A model generated the notes under the pieces. That model was not told the DNA's origin. It did no database searches and saw nothing but the letters and a program-made list of their open reading frames with translations. Below, one piece after another: positions 6,436 through 20,300 of a stretch of DNA of 64,000 nt. The translations under genes and the position numbers were made by a program. The first letter of the stretch is position 1; each line of letters starts with the position of its first letter. This DNA is from an uncultured virus (IMG/VR IMGVR_UViG_3300025101_000025) (Duplodnaviria > Heunggongvirae > Uroviricota > Caudoviricetes > Kyanoviridae), in IMG/VR virus record IMGVR_UViG_3300025101_000025, positions 1 through 64,000 of that record; one strand, given 5' to 3'.

Positions 6436-8367
6436 ATGACACTTAAAAATTTTACAAATCTCGATTTTGATCAAATAAAACAGTCATTAAAGGATTATTT
6501 ACAAAATAATTCTAAATTTACTGACTATGATTTTGAAGGATCCAACTTATCAACAATATTAGACGTTCTAGCATATAATACTTACATCACATCTTATAAT
6601 GCAAACATGATATCGAATGAAGTTTTCATCGATTCAGCAACTTTGCGTGAAAATGTGGTTGCATTAGCAAGAAATATAGGTTATGTCCCTCGTTCTAAGA
6701 AATCTTCAAGGGCATTACTTACATTTTTTGCAGATATTTCTTCAGTTTCTCCATCTCCATCAAATTTAACACTTCGTAAAGGGCCTGTTGCAGCAGTTGA
6801 TGCACCATTTGGTCAACAATCGTTTGTTTTTAGCATACCTGAAGATAAAACTATCTCTGTTTTTGATGGAATTGCAGAATTTGACGATCTTGAGGTGTTT
6901 GAAGGAACAGTTTTAGATCAAACGTTTACATTTTCATCAAGAAATCGCTTTCAAAAGTTTATATTACCAAATACTGGAATAGATTTAGACACTTTAGTTG
7001 TAAAAGTCAAACCTTCAGCTGATTCTACAGTGTCAATTAAGTATGAAAGGCATGATAATCTGTTTGATGATGACACAGGATCAGTAATTAATGGAAATTC
7101 TAACATTTATTTCTTACAAGAGGTTTCAAGTGAGCAATATGAGTTAATATTTGGTGATAATATCTTTGGAAAGGCACTTCAAGATGGAAATGTCATCGAA
7201 GTTTCATATATTGTAACCTCTGGTGACGCTGCAAACGGTGTAAATTCATTTAATTATGCGGGAAGTTTATATTATACTCGAAATTCTGTTGAAATAAACG
7301 TAACGACAGGAATTTCTTTGATTACAAGTCCACTTTCATCAAGTGGAGGAGAGTCAATTGAATCTGTTGACTCAATTCGTAAGTTTGCACCTCAAATTTA
7401 TGCAACTCAGAACCGTGCTTTGAGTGCAAATGACTTTGAAGTGTTGATTCCCAATAAAATTTACCCTGAAACTGAATCAATTTCTGTTTTTGGTGGTGAA
7501 GATCTTGTTCCTCCTCAGTTTGGAAAGGTTTTTATTAGCATCAAACCAAGAAATGGTGATTTTGTTCCAAATTTAATCAAACAAAACATAAAAAGAGATT
7601 TGAAAAAGTATTCTGTAGCAGGAATTGTTCCAGAAATACTAGATTTGAAGTATTTGTTTGTTGAAACTAACAGTAAAGTGTATTATAACACAAATTTAGC
7701 ACCAAGTGCGTCATTTGTTTCGACAAAAGTTCAACGTGATATTACAAAATACGCAGAATCTTCTGAATTAAACAAATATGGAGCTAGATTTAAGTATAGT
7801 AAGTTTTTAAAAGTGATTGATCAGAGTCATGAATCAGTTACTTCTAATATTACAACTGTTGAAATGAGAAGAGATCTCCGATTAGCAGTTTTAGAGACTG
7901 CTGAGTATGCAATTGACTTTGGAAATCAGTTTCATATCAAATCAATGAATGGTTTTAATATTAGAACGAGTGCATTTCGTGTTTCAAACATAAACACTGA
8001 TGTTTACTTATATGACGTTCCAAATGCAAATGGGGAAACTGGTCAAATCAATCTATTTTCATTGAATGCTGGAACATCAACACCAGTAATACAAAGAAGA
8101 AATATAGGTGTTATAAATTATGTTACAGGTAGGATTACATTAGATCCAATAAATATTATTTCAGGTAAAACAAAAGATAATGTTCAAATTATGGAGATAT
8201 CTGTATCTCCTGAATCGAACGATATTATCGGATTACAGGATCTTTATTTGCGACTAGATAGTAGTGTTGTAGATACAGTCGTTGATGATATTAGTTCTGG
8301 TATTGACCCATCTGGATCAAATTACACAGTCACCACAAGTTATTCTCAAGGAAACATCATAAGATAA
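6436..8367 (+). CDS. gp6: Baseplate wedge subunit
   Basis: LDFDQIK...FTDYDFEGSNLSTILDVLAYNTY N-terminus; FGD and QNRA motifs. Confidence 0.93.
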   Translation: MTLKNFTNLDFDQIKQSLKDYLQNNSKFTDYDFEGSNLSTILDVLAYNTYITSYNANMISNEVFIDSATLRENVVALARNIGYVPRSKKSSRALLTFFADISSVSPSPSNLTLRKGPVAAVDAPFGQQSFVFSIPEDKTISVFDGIAEFDDLEVFEGTVLDQTFTFSSRNRFQKFILPNTGIDLDTLVVKVKPSADSTVSIKYERHDNLFDDDTGSVINGNSNIYFLQEVSSEQYELIFGDNIFGKALQDGNVIEVSYIVTSGDAANGVNSFNYAGSLYYTRNSVEINVTTGISLITSPLSSSGGESIESVDSIRKFAPQIYATQNRALSANDFEVLIPNKIYPETESISVFGGEDLVPPQFGKVFISIKPRNGDFVPNLIKQNIKRDLKKYSVAGIVPEILDLKYLFVETNSKVYYNTNLAPSASFVSTKVQRDITKYAESSELNKYGARFKYSKFLKVIDQSHESVTSNITTVEMRRDLRLAVLETAEYAIDFGNQFHIKSMNGFNIRTSAFRVSNINTDVYLYDVPNANGETGQINLFSLNAGTSTPVIQRRNIGVINYVTGRITLDPINIISGKTKDNVQIMEISVSPESNDIIGLQDLYLRLDSSVVDTVVDDISSGIDPSGSNYTVTTSYSQGNIIR

Positions 8368-8368
8368 G

Positions 8369-11300
8369 ATGTCAGAAAAAAGAGTTAAGTTAAATCAGAT
8401 TGTAAAAAATCAACTTCCTTCCTATGTGAGGGAGGATTTTCCATTAGTTGGTGATTTTTTATCCCAATACTATCTTGGACAAGAGTATCAAGGTGGGCCA
8501 ATTGATCTTATTCAAAATATTGACTCTTATATTAAATTAAATGAATCTGCAAACAATGTAAAGACAACAACTACATCTAAAACTGTTGGAATATCTTCTG
8601 ATATTATTTTTGTTGCAAATACAAATGGATTTCCTGACCAAAATGGGTTGTTAAAGATAAATGATGAGATAATCACATATGAAAGTAAGACAGATATAAG
8701 TTTTGTTAATTGTTCTAGAGGTTTTAGTGGTATTACTTCATTCACTAATCCATCTGACCCTGAAGATTTAGTTTTTTCTTCATCATTAACCACAAATCAT
8801 GAAAAAGACACTGTAGTTGAAAACTTAAGTGTTTTATTTTTAGATGAATTTTTAAAAAAGACAAAAAATCAATTTTTATACGGTTTTCAAAAAGATTTAT
8901 CAACAAATTTAAACCAAGCTCAATTTTTAAGGCAATCAAAAGACTTTTATTCAACAAGAGGAACTGATGATTCGTTTAAAATACTGTTTGGTGCTCTGTA
9001 TGGCGAACATGCAAGCATTATAAGACCTATTGACAATGTTATATCACCATCAAACGCTAATTACCGAGTAACCAAGGATATTATAGTTGAACCAGTTGAA
9101 GGTGATCCAGAAAATTTGTTAAACAAGACTCTTTTTCAAGATTTGTTTGAAAATGTATCAAAAGCATATGCACCAATATCAAATATTGAAAAAATCTCGG
9201 TTGGAATACTTACAAACACATATTATAAGATTAGTTTAGATGGATCGTTCAATCAAGGTGATGGATCAACTGAATTATTGTATGGAAATTTTTCTGAACA
9301 TGCAAAAACAAAGATTATTGGACAAGTTGGTATAGCACAAACATTTTTAGATGTTGATTCTACATTAGGGTTTCCAAATTCAGGAACTTTAACTTTTGCA
9401 TATGAGAATGGAAGTATTGGTGTTTGCACTTATGCTCAAAAAACAATAAATCAATTTTTAGGAATCAATACAACTGGAATTACTGCAACAATTTCTGATA
9501 ATACGTTTATTGATCAGAATACTTTTGCATATGCTGAAGATAACGGTGTTCAAGATGGAATTAAATTAAAAATACGTTCAGTTCTAAACAATTTAGATTT
9601 ACCAATCGAAACTTATTATCAATTATCTGGTTCAAAGGTAAAAATAAAATCTTTAGGTAAGATAGCAGATGGTTTTAAGGAAAATGGGTGGTTATTCAAC
9701 ACAGCTCAAAGTTATGTTGTAAAAAACTTAAGTATAGTTGATTCTGTTAATAATACATTTAAACTTGTTACTCAAGATGTCAATATTTTAAGAATTGGTG
9801 ATAAAATTACAACTCATGAAACACAGGCATCAGGTGCTCAATGGGGTGATAAAATAACAGATGGATTTGATCCCGTTTCAAATAAAATTTATACTGTTAC
9901 TGATGTTTTCGATGAAAATACTTGTTTGATAACTGGAACAGGTATTTCTGATCCAACAAAAGTTACAAAAGTAACTCGTCGAATATCAAAAATTGATTCT
10001 GACCTACATCCAGATTTAAACCAGTTTACTGCTAATATTCAAAACGTATATCTTAAACCAGATATTGGATTAGTTAGAGGTGTGCCATATTATGGCCCTT
10101 CACATCAGCATAAAGGTAAAAGCATGGTGGGAGCACAACATGTTCCTTTTCCTCATGATTTTATTATACCAGATCCTAATTCAAACAAAGTTTTAGTTGC
10201 ATCTTCATCATTACCCTTTACTGGTGTTACAAAATTAAATCCTAAACTTCAAAAATTTACTTTTAGTGGAACTTACGATTTAAATGACGAAGAAATAAAA
10301 ATTACTGATCAAGTTGATCATAACTACTTCACTGGTGATAAAGTTTACTACACACCTGAAAAGACAAAAATAACAAATACACTACCTGATGGAACAGAGG
10401 TAGTTCAAGAGTTTATTGCAAGTCAACTATTTGATGAAGGATTATATTTCATAAAGAGAGTTAATGGTAATACTGTAAAGTTTGCAAAGAGTCAATCAGA
10501 TATTAATGGTAATAATTTTGTAAAGGTTAAAACTCCAAATGGTGTTGATAACGTTACTATCACTTCTAATGATATTGAAAAGTTTGAATATCAAGGAAAG
10601 AAAATAGAAACTCAAAAACTTTTCAGAGAATTTAAAACACCAATAAATGATGGGGTATCATATCCTACAACATCAGGTTATACAGGTCTTTTAGTCAATG
10701 GTGTAGAGGTATTAAATTACAAATCAAAAAATTCTGTTTTTTATGGACAGTTAAACAGTATTGATGTTGTTAAAGGTGGAGAAAATTATGATGTTATCAA
10801 TCCACCAGTTTTATCCATTACAGATTCTGTAGGAACAGCAGCGACTGGAAAATGTTCCGTTAAAGGAAGTTTTAAAGAAATTAAAATATTAGAATCTGGA
10901 TTTGATTATATCGAAGATCCGGTTATAAAAATAACAGGAGGAAATGGTATCGGGGCAAATGCTGTTCCAAAGTTAAGTATCGTTCCACATGAATCAGTAT
11001 TTAATGCTGATGGTGTAGGATTAGGAACTGTAAACATTGGAGTTGTTACAGCTACCACTGCAGGTGTAAATACATCTTCAATAGGATTTAGCACCTATCA
11101 CAGGTTTAGACAGGGTGAGAGGGTCGTATATGATACTCTGGGGGGTATTCCATTAGTTGGGTTGACTACAGATTCAACTTACTATGTTAATAGTGTTTCG
11201 GAATATACAATCAAACTTCATAAAACATATTCTGATTCTGTAACTGGTATTAATACTATTTCGATTTCTAATTTTGGAAATGGAGTTCAGTCATTTAAAT

Positions 11301-14300
11301 CATTAAATGGAAAGGCTATTGTTAGTTCAATTGCATTATTAGATAATGGTGTGGGTTATGAAAATAAAGAAAGAACTTGTAATTCAATTGGAATTAACAC
11401 AGCATTAGATTCAATTAACATTCCTGATCACGGATTCCAAACAGGTGAGACTCTTCGTTATTCGGTTGATGGAACAACAATAGATGGATTGGTTACAACA
11501 ATAGATTACTTAGTTTCAATTGTTGATGAAGATAATTTTAAACTAGCAGCTGCAGGTGTTGGAACAACCTCTAAAGATTTTTACTTAAAAACAAATCAAT
11601 TCCAAGAATTAAGAAGTGTAGGGTTAGGAACTCATAAATTTAACTACCCACCAATAAGTGTAGAAATAATTGGTAAAGTAGGTTTATCATCAGTAGCAGG
11701 AAAAACATATGATGCTGTGTTACAACCACTTGTTAGAGGAGAAATAACATCAGTTAACTTAACAAATAACGGTGTAGGATATGGTGCTTCAGAAATTATA
11801 AACTTTGACAGGAAACCTGACATCAATTTAAATTCTGGACGTAATGCTGTCTTAACTCCTGTTGTCGCTAATGGTAGAATAGTTGATGTTAGTGTAAGTT
11901 TTGGAGGAACTGATTATAACTCTCCACCAGATCTAGTTGTATTAGGAATTGGATCTGATGCTAAATTAACTCCTGAGTTAAATTCAGCAGGTAATATTGT
12001 TTCAGTTAATATTCAAAGTGGTGGTATAGGATATGGAGTATCATCAACATTCATAAGAATAGATCCTGCAGGAAAAGGATTTAAAGGTGATCCTGTTTTA
12101 CAGTCATGGACAATTAACGAAATAAAGAAAAATGAATTAAACTTGAACGATGATGATGTTTTCATAAGTTCTCCTGTTAATTCAGAGTATGGATTGCAGT
12201 GTTCTTATGCATACGCTCCACGTAATCTTAGACAAATATCTTATGCAAGTGATGCTGATGGAAATATTCTTTATGGTAAGAAAGATTTAAAGATTGTAAA
12301 TGGAGTTGAGTCTGACAGTGATTCACATTCCCCAATACTTGGTTATGCCTATGATGGTAATCCAATATATGGGCCTTTTGGTTTTGTTAATAAAACCGGT
12401 GGTAATGTTGTTCAATTAGAGTCTGGGTATAGTGAAGAAGCAAATAAAAAATCAAATAGACCGCCAACAAGTATTTTCCCACCAGAATTTTTTATTGAAG
12501 ATTTTACATATAATCCATCAGATAACGATGCTGTATTAGATGAAAACAATGGTAGATTTTGTATCACACCAGAATTTCCAAAAGGAACATATGCATACTT
12601 TGCTACTTTTGATACGACTCCTGCATCAGATGGTATATTCAAAAATTTCAAAAAACCAAAGTTCCCTTATTTGATTGGTGATAGTTTTAAATCACAACCA
12701 AATAATTTCAACTTTAATAGATTATCTAATCAAGATAACTATGATCTTGAAAAATCAAATTGTGTAAGAAACACATATCCATATTCATTTAATAAAGATT
12801 TTAGTGGTTATGATTATATCTTACAATCAAATCAGTTTGTAACACAAGACTCTACAATTAATTTTGCAGAAAAAGGCGGTGTCGATAGAGTTGGTATTTT
12901 ATCAGCAGGTAGAAACTATCAAGTCAATGATAAACTTGTTTTTGATGATAGCATTACATCATCATTCAATGCATCAGGTAAAGTAAGTAGAATAAAAGGC
13001 CCTGATATTTCTGAGATAAGTGTTGTTACAACAACTAAGGAAAATATAGAATTTTTCCCAGATTCAAAAAATACATTTGTTGGAATTGCTACAACAAGTA
13101 TTAACTTACAAAATAATACAATCGTCAATGTTGGTTCTCTATCAACAACAACAACTTCTTTACAAGGGTCTTATGCAATAGGAATTACTTCAGACAGACT
13201 TATACTATCTCAAGGTATTGGAACAGCAGCAGCAACTGGTGTTGTTACCTTTTTCCCTGTTGTAGGTGATTTGAGAAGAATAAAGGAAAATGATAGATTC
13301 AAAGTTGGTATTGGAACAGAAGTAATAAAAGTATTGAACGTAGATCGTAGATTGGCAAGGATAAGAGTTTTAAGATCACAAAGTGGAATTGCAACTAATA
13401 TTGGAATATCTCATACAGCATCAACAATTCTTGAAGAAATACCAAGAACATTTAAAATAACAACAGGATTTACAACATCAGTTGATTTAAAAGAGAATAG
13501 AGAATACTATTTTGATCCTGAAGAAGCAGTAGGTTTTGGAACTACATCTGGTGTAGGTGTGGGAACATTTAGATCATTTAGCAATCCCGGAGCTGGAATT
13601 ACTGGCATATTCATACCAAGTCAGTCATTATACATTCCGGGTCATGGATTAAAAACTGGTGATGTTGTTACATATCAAACAACAGGAACAGCTCTTAAAG
13701 TCAAATTTAAAAGCACAGTCCCAACTGTTAACTCAACTTTATTTGTTGACTCACCACTCTTTGTAGCAAATCAAGCAACTAATTTTATAGGTCTATCAAC
13801 TGTTAGAATTGGATTAGGATCTACTGGGTTTGTTGGAATTGGATCAACTTTAGCAGGAGCAGAATTAGTATATTTCCTAGATGCTGGTGCGGGTGATATT
13901 CATAGTCTTAAGACAAAATTTGATAATGTCATCACTGGACAAATTCAGAAGAATCAAGTATCTGTAGTTGGAACAGCAACACATGGTTTAAAAAATAATG
14001 ATACTGTATTCATCGATGTAAATCCCGGTTTAACAACTACTGTTACAGTTAAATACAATGTTTCAAATAGAAAAGTAGTATTCAATCCTTTATCTTACAA
14101 TGACTCTGGTATTACATCAGCAACATCTTTAACTGGTATTCCGAATACAATTAATATAAGTGATCATGGTCTTACAACTGGTCAAAAAGTTATTCATACA
14201 TTTAGTGGTTCAGAAAGTTCTTTAGTTAATGATAAAGAATATTACGTATATGTTGTTGATAGCGATAAAATATCACTTGTTGAAAATAAATATGAAGTTA

Positions 14301-17300
14301 AAAAATTAAAACCAGATTTTGTAAAAGTTGCTATAACAACAGCTGGAACTCTATCACCTGTCAATCCTCCAGTTAAATTCTATAGAGACTCGACTGTTAA
14401 TTTTGATTTATCTGATTCTTCTTTATCATATGTCCAAAGTTCAACGAGTTATCCTGCATTTAAATTTGAGTTATACAAGGATGTAAATTTAAGTCAAAAT
14501 TATGAAACAAGTGGAAAGACTGATACTTTTGAAGTAACAAGAACAGGAACAACTGGTGTTACATCAAATGCAAAACTAACTTTAAAAGTAGACAAAAATA
14601 CACCAAAATTATTATACTACAAATTAGTTGCAGTTAATAGTGATGACAATACAAATGAAAATAAAGAAATAGTTGTAGATAATGAAATTGATTTAAATAA
14701 TCAACTCATTATTAAAAATAGTGAATATAACGGTCAATTTAATATTGTATCAACAGGGAATACAACATTCATATATGATATAAGTTCAATTCCCGAATCT
14801 ACATCATACACATCATCATCATCTAAATTAAAATATTCTACAATATCAACAACAGCGTATGGTGGAATTGATCAACTATTCCTTACTGATCGTGGTGGTG
14901 GATATCTTTCTATTCCCGGAATCACAACTATTACATCGGATGTTGGAGATGGTGCAATAATTGAAACATTTAGTTCAACAATAGGTAAAGTATCAAAAAC
15001 TACTTTAGAAAATATAGGTTTTGACTATCCATCAGATCCTACTTTAAGACCAGACGTATTATTCCCACAAGTATTAAGAATAACTCCTCTAACAGGATTT
15101 AGATCAATTGGAATTACATCGCTTGGTGTTGGGTATATTCAAGATCCGAATCTCGTGGTTATTGATGGTGTAACTAAAAAACAAATTACTGATGTTGATT
15201 TAAGATTCAAACCTGATGAATTATTTGTAGAGATTTTGGAGAATAGTGAGTCGATGAATGCATCAACTCCAACAATTATTCCTACAGGTAATTCTAATGG
15301 AATAAGAGTTTCAAATTTAACATATACTGCTACAGATAATTCTGTTACTGCAACTATTAAAAATTCATTTAGTGGTGTAGTTGGTTTTTCTGGAACATTC
15401 ATAGATCCCTTCCCATTTACTGTTGGTGATAAGGTTTTAGTTGAAAATGCTAGTGTAGGTGTCGGATCAACAGCATCTGGATTTAACTCTGCAAATTATG
15501 ATTTTGCTCGATTTGAAATTATCGAGGTAACACCAAACTATGGTGGAATAGGAACGGTCAAATATAGTATGAATGACTATTTGACAAAGAACGTAGATTT
15601 CCCCGGTGTATTTGACTCTGTAAATTCAGTTACGACATTAATACCTGACAAGTGGTTCCCACAATTTGATATTAAATTACAACCTAATGAGTTTAGGAAA
15701 GGTGATGATGTAGAAAGTGTCGATTCAACTGGAACTAAAATTACAGGAACTGTTTTTGATTGGAATAATTCATCTAAGTATCTAACAGTTGAAAGTTCTA
15801 GAGAATTTGAAAACAATCAACTTATAGAACAAGTAAGATTCCGTGGTGAGAGAGTTGGAAACAAAACATATTCATCACCAACAGGAGCGAAGGGTTTAAT
15901 AAAAGAGATTGTAAAATTTGGTAGTCATTATGATCTTGATTACTTCTCTGAAGTTGAAAATGGATGGGAGTATAAAACTGGTTTCTTAAATGATGAATTA
16001 CAAAGAGTTCATGACAATGATTATTATCAGGCTTTCTCATATTCTATAAAATCAAAAGTTCAAATTAAAGAATGGGAAAATACTGTCAGTTCTTTAAATC
16101 ATACAGCAGGATTTAAAAAGTTTAGTGACCTACAAATCGAGTCTGATCAATTATCATCATCATCGAATAAATTATCTAATATCGATCCTTCAAAAAGTGT
16201 TGTTACAACTTTAGTTGATCTAATTGGTGTAGAAAGTATACACCGTGAATACAATTTTGATCTAGCAACTGAAAATTATTTGGTTGGTTTAACAAAACCA
16301 CTATCAGATGAAATAAACTTTAGTTCAAGATTAATCACTGACTTTGCAGAATCTGTTTCAAATAGAGTTGTTCAAATTGATGACTTCAGTAATATCTTTA
16401 ATAACAACCCCAGAACAACTCGATATGCAGATGTGTATCGTAATAAACTATCTGATGGTAGAACTCAGATGTTCTTTGCGCTTGTTTCAGATAGATTGTT
16501 TACTGGTGAAAGACAAATAACAATCGTAAATACTCTCCATGATACAGGAAGAGGTCAAACCATGCTTAATCAGTATGGTGATATTGATACTGTTCTCGAT
16601 TTAGGATCTTTCGATTATGTTATTGATGGTAATGAATCTGTTTTAAGATACTTCCCAAACAAATTCAAACTTAATAATTATAATGTTGTATTATGGTCTT
16701 ATCAAATTGATGCTCAAAAATTAGGTATATCGACTGATACAGTATCATGTGGTAGCACGACCCTTCCAGCAGCACCTGCTAACCCTACAACAGGTCTTAA
16801 TGGATCTTTAATAAGTATTGCCACAACTGCCGTTACAATCGCTGGAGGGGCAGCAGGGACGGTCTTCACGCTAGGTGGTATTGGAACAAATATATCCGGA
16901 CACAGATCTGCAAAAGTATTAGTTAGTGTTGAAGCTGGTGGTGGAACTTTAAATGGTAGTGTTGAGTATGATCAAGTAAATCTAATACATGATGGAACTA
17001 ATGTTGGATTCCAAGAGTTTGGTCAGTTAACTATTCACTCAGTCGATGCTTACTCATCAACAGGTAATATAGGAACATACTTCCCATTCATGGATGGGGA
17101 TGATCTTGTTCTTTCTTATACTCCAAATGCGGGTATGACAACTGCACATATTAATGCATTGGCAATTGGTATTGCAACTGAAGGTTATATTGGAATCGGA
17201 TCATATGATTTCTCATATGCAGAGATGTCTGCACAATCAACTGGTATTTCATCTAGTGCGACACCAATACCTGTAGGTATTGCAAGTTACAGTAATGAAT

Positions 17301-20300
17301 ATGATGCTGCTTATTGCATTGTTCAAATTGCTGATGTATTAAATGGTAGTTATGAGTTAGCAGAAGTTGTTATGATTGATGACTTTGATGGATCAGATCC
17401 AGAAAACATCATGTTGACTGAATTTGGTAATGTAAAAGTTGGAACAGCATTTGCAGGATTAGGAACAATTAGTGCAAGAAGAACTGGATCTGATAGTGAT
17501 ATAACTGAATTAACGTTCGTTCCAAATGCTGGTATCGGAGTTTCAATTACTACATTCTTAAATGCATTAAGACCAGAGGAAAATAACACATTACTTCCAG
17601 CAGAGGCTACAAGAGAAGTTGGAGGAGAATCGGTTAAGGATTTACAGAATGCATCATTAGAAAGTGGTTTTGCAATTTATGAGGGAACAGATATTGCGAT
17701 CAAGAGACAATTTGCTCTTGAGAATAATGGTAATCCAATATTCAAAAAACCATATGATGGTTCAAGTTCTCAAATAGTTGATTTAACAAACAATACAATT
17801 ACTCTTCCTAATCACTTCTTTACAAGTGGTCAAAAAGTTAATTACTCACCGGGTGCTGGAACATCAATTGGTATCGATACTGCACCATTCAGTATGCCTG
17901 AATCTGTATTCATTATTAAAAAAGGTGAAGATAAAGTTCAACTTGCTTTAACAGCGCAAAATGCATTAAAAGAAATAGCACTACCAGTTGGATTATCAAC
18001 AGTTGGTATTGGAACATCACATACATTTACAGCAATTGATCCTAATCAAAAGGTATTGGTTGCAATTGATAATGCGATTCAATCACCTGTTGCAGGAACT
18101 TCTGTCACTACTACATTAGATAAGTCAACAACCATTGGAGATGATGTTATTCACTTCACTGGAATTACATCATTCTTTGGTGCAGACTATGTAAGGGTGG
18201 GAAGTGGAGTTACTGCAGAGATAATGAAAATTGTTTCTGTTGGGATAGGAACAACTAATGCAATAAAAGTAAGAAGAGGATGGTTAGGAACAACGATAAG
18301 GGCTAGAGAAAGTGGTGCATTAGTTGAGAAAATAAGAGGTAACTATAATATTATTGAGAATGAAATAAACTTTACTGAAGCACCTCCGGGAAAAAATCCA
18401 ATTGGTTCAACTACAAATCCTCCTGACGAGAGAGACTTTGTTGGTATTACTACATCATCTAGTTTCCAAGGTCGAGTCTTTACTCGTTCAGGTGTAAGAA
18501 ATGGAACCGAAGAAACATACGCAGATAATTATCTGTTTGATGATATAAGTCAAGGATTTAACGGACAAACAAAAGTATTTGATTTAACTCATAGTAATGG
18601 AACATCAATCACTGGTGTCTCAACAAACAATGCTTTAGTATTAATAAATGGTATCTTACAAGCTCCCGGTTCAAATGGAGACTTTACTCTATCACAACCT
18701 TCAGGAACACAATTAACTTGGACAGGTTCTGCTAGTTCAGTTGCAAGAGATCCTAACAATGCATCAATACCAGTTGGTGGTTTGATAGTTTCTGTTGGAT
18801 CAACAAGAGGATTCGGATATCAACCATTAGTATCTGCTGGTGGAACAGTTGTTGTGTCATCTGCAGGAACCATATCATCAGTATCAATTGGTAATACTGG
18901 ATCTGGTTATAGAGCAGGTATTCAAACAGTAGTTAACGTTGCAATTCAAACAGAAAGATTTGGTGGTTCTGGTGTTGTATCGATTGGAACTGCAGCAATT
19001 TCAGATGGTCATATCACTAGCGTGGCAATCACAACTGATAGAGTTTTCTATATTCCAAGAGATATAACAAACGTTGGTTACACATCTATCACAGGTCTTA
19101 CAACTGTTACTACATCTTCAGCACATGGATTAATAGTTGGTAATGAAATAGTTCTTTCTGGAATCGCATTGACATGTGACTATGCACCTGCTGTAGGTGT
19201 TCAAAGCGCAATTTATCATAGTGCTTCAGGAATCATGACTGTAACTACAAGTAGTGCACATGGTTTATCAATTACTGGAAAGAGTAGTGATGTTTTATTG
19301 AATGATCTTGGTATGTCATCATCATCGAATGGAAGCACTCCAACTCATACTTTCCCAAGATCAGGAGATGATTCATTCTGTGGTGTCTCTGTTGCAGGTG
19401 TTGCTAGTGTCACTCAATTTAGTATTAACATAGGATCTGGAGTTACTCTCAGTAATTACATTAGCGGTGGAACAGTTCAACCTGTTTTAATATCACCTAG
19501 AGCAAATAATAATTCTGCAAGTAAACAAGATCCGGCATTTGATGGATCAACGGTTCTAAGAATTCTTAACTCAACTCAATTTGAAGTAAACACAGGTATA
19601 TCAACAAGAGCTCATAATTATGCTAGATGTGGTAAAGTTAATCAACTCATGAAAGTTGTTATCGATAAACCACTTTCATACTCAGATATACCTCTCGTTT
19701 ACAGTGGAAATTCACCCGGTGTTGGAGGAACAGAAGCAAGAGCAGATGTTGTTGTAAGTCAGGGATCAACAGTTGTTAATTTCAAAATATCAAATCTAGG
19801 ATATGGATATGGTGTTAATCATATTTTAACTCTTCCAAGATCAAATGATACAAATTTCTCAGCAGTGGGTATTCCTACTACATCTAGTTTCACTCCTGCA
19901 CAAGAGTTAGAAATAACAGTTAATGAGGTTGATAGTGATCAATTTACAGGATGGGCAGTTGGTCAAATACAAGTTCTTGACAATTTCTCAAACTTGTTTG
20001 ATGGATCAAGGAGGACATTCCCAATTACAGTAAGTGGTGAGGCATTATCAATTCAATCAAGACCCGGATCACTTGTTAAAGTTGAAGATACATTATTTGT
20101 GTTTGTCAATGATATTTTACAAATACCCGGAGAATCATATTCATTCCCCGGCGGAGCAACAATCACATTTGATGAACCACCAAAAGCTGAAGATAGTTTA
20201 AAAATATTATTCTATAGAGGAACTGGTGGTGCTGATGTTGTTGATAGAGATGTGATTGCAACTGTAAAGGTTGGTGATACTTTAACACTAGGATATCATG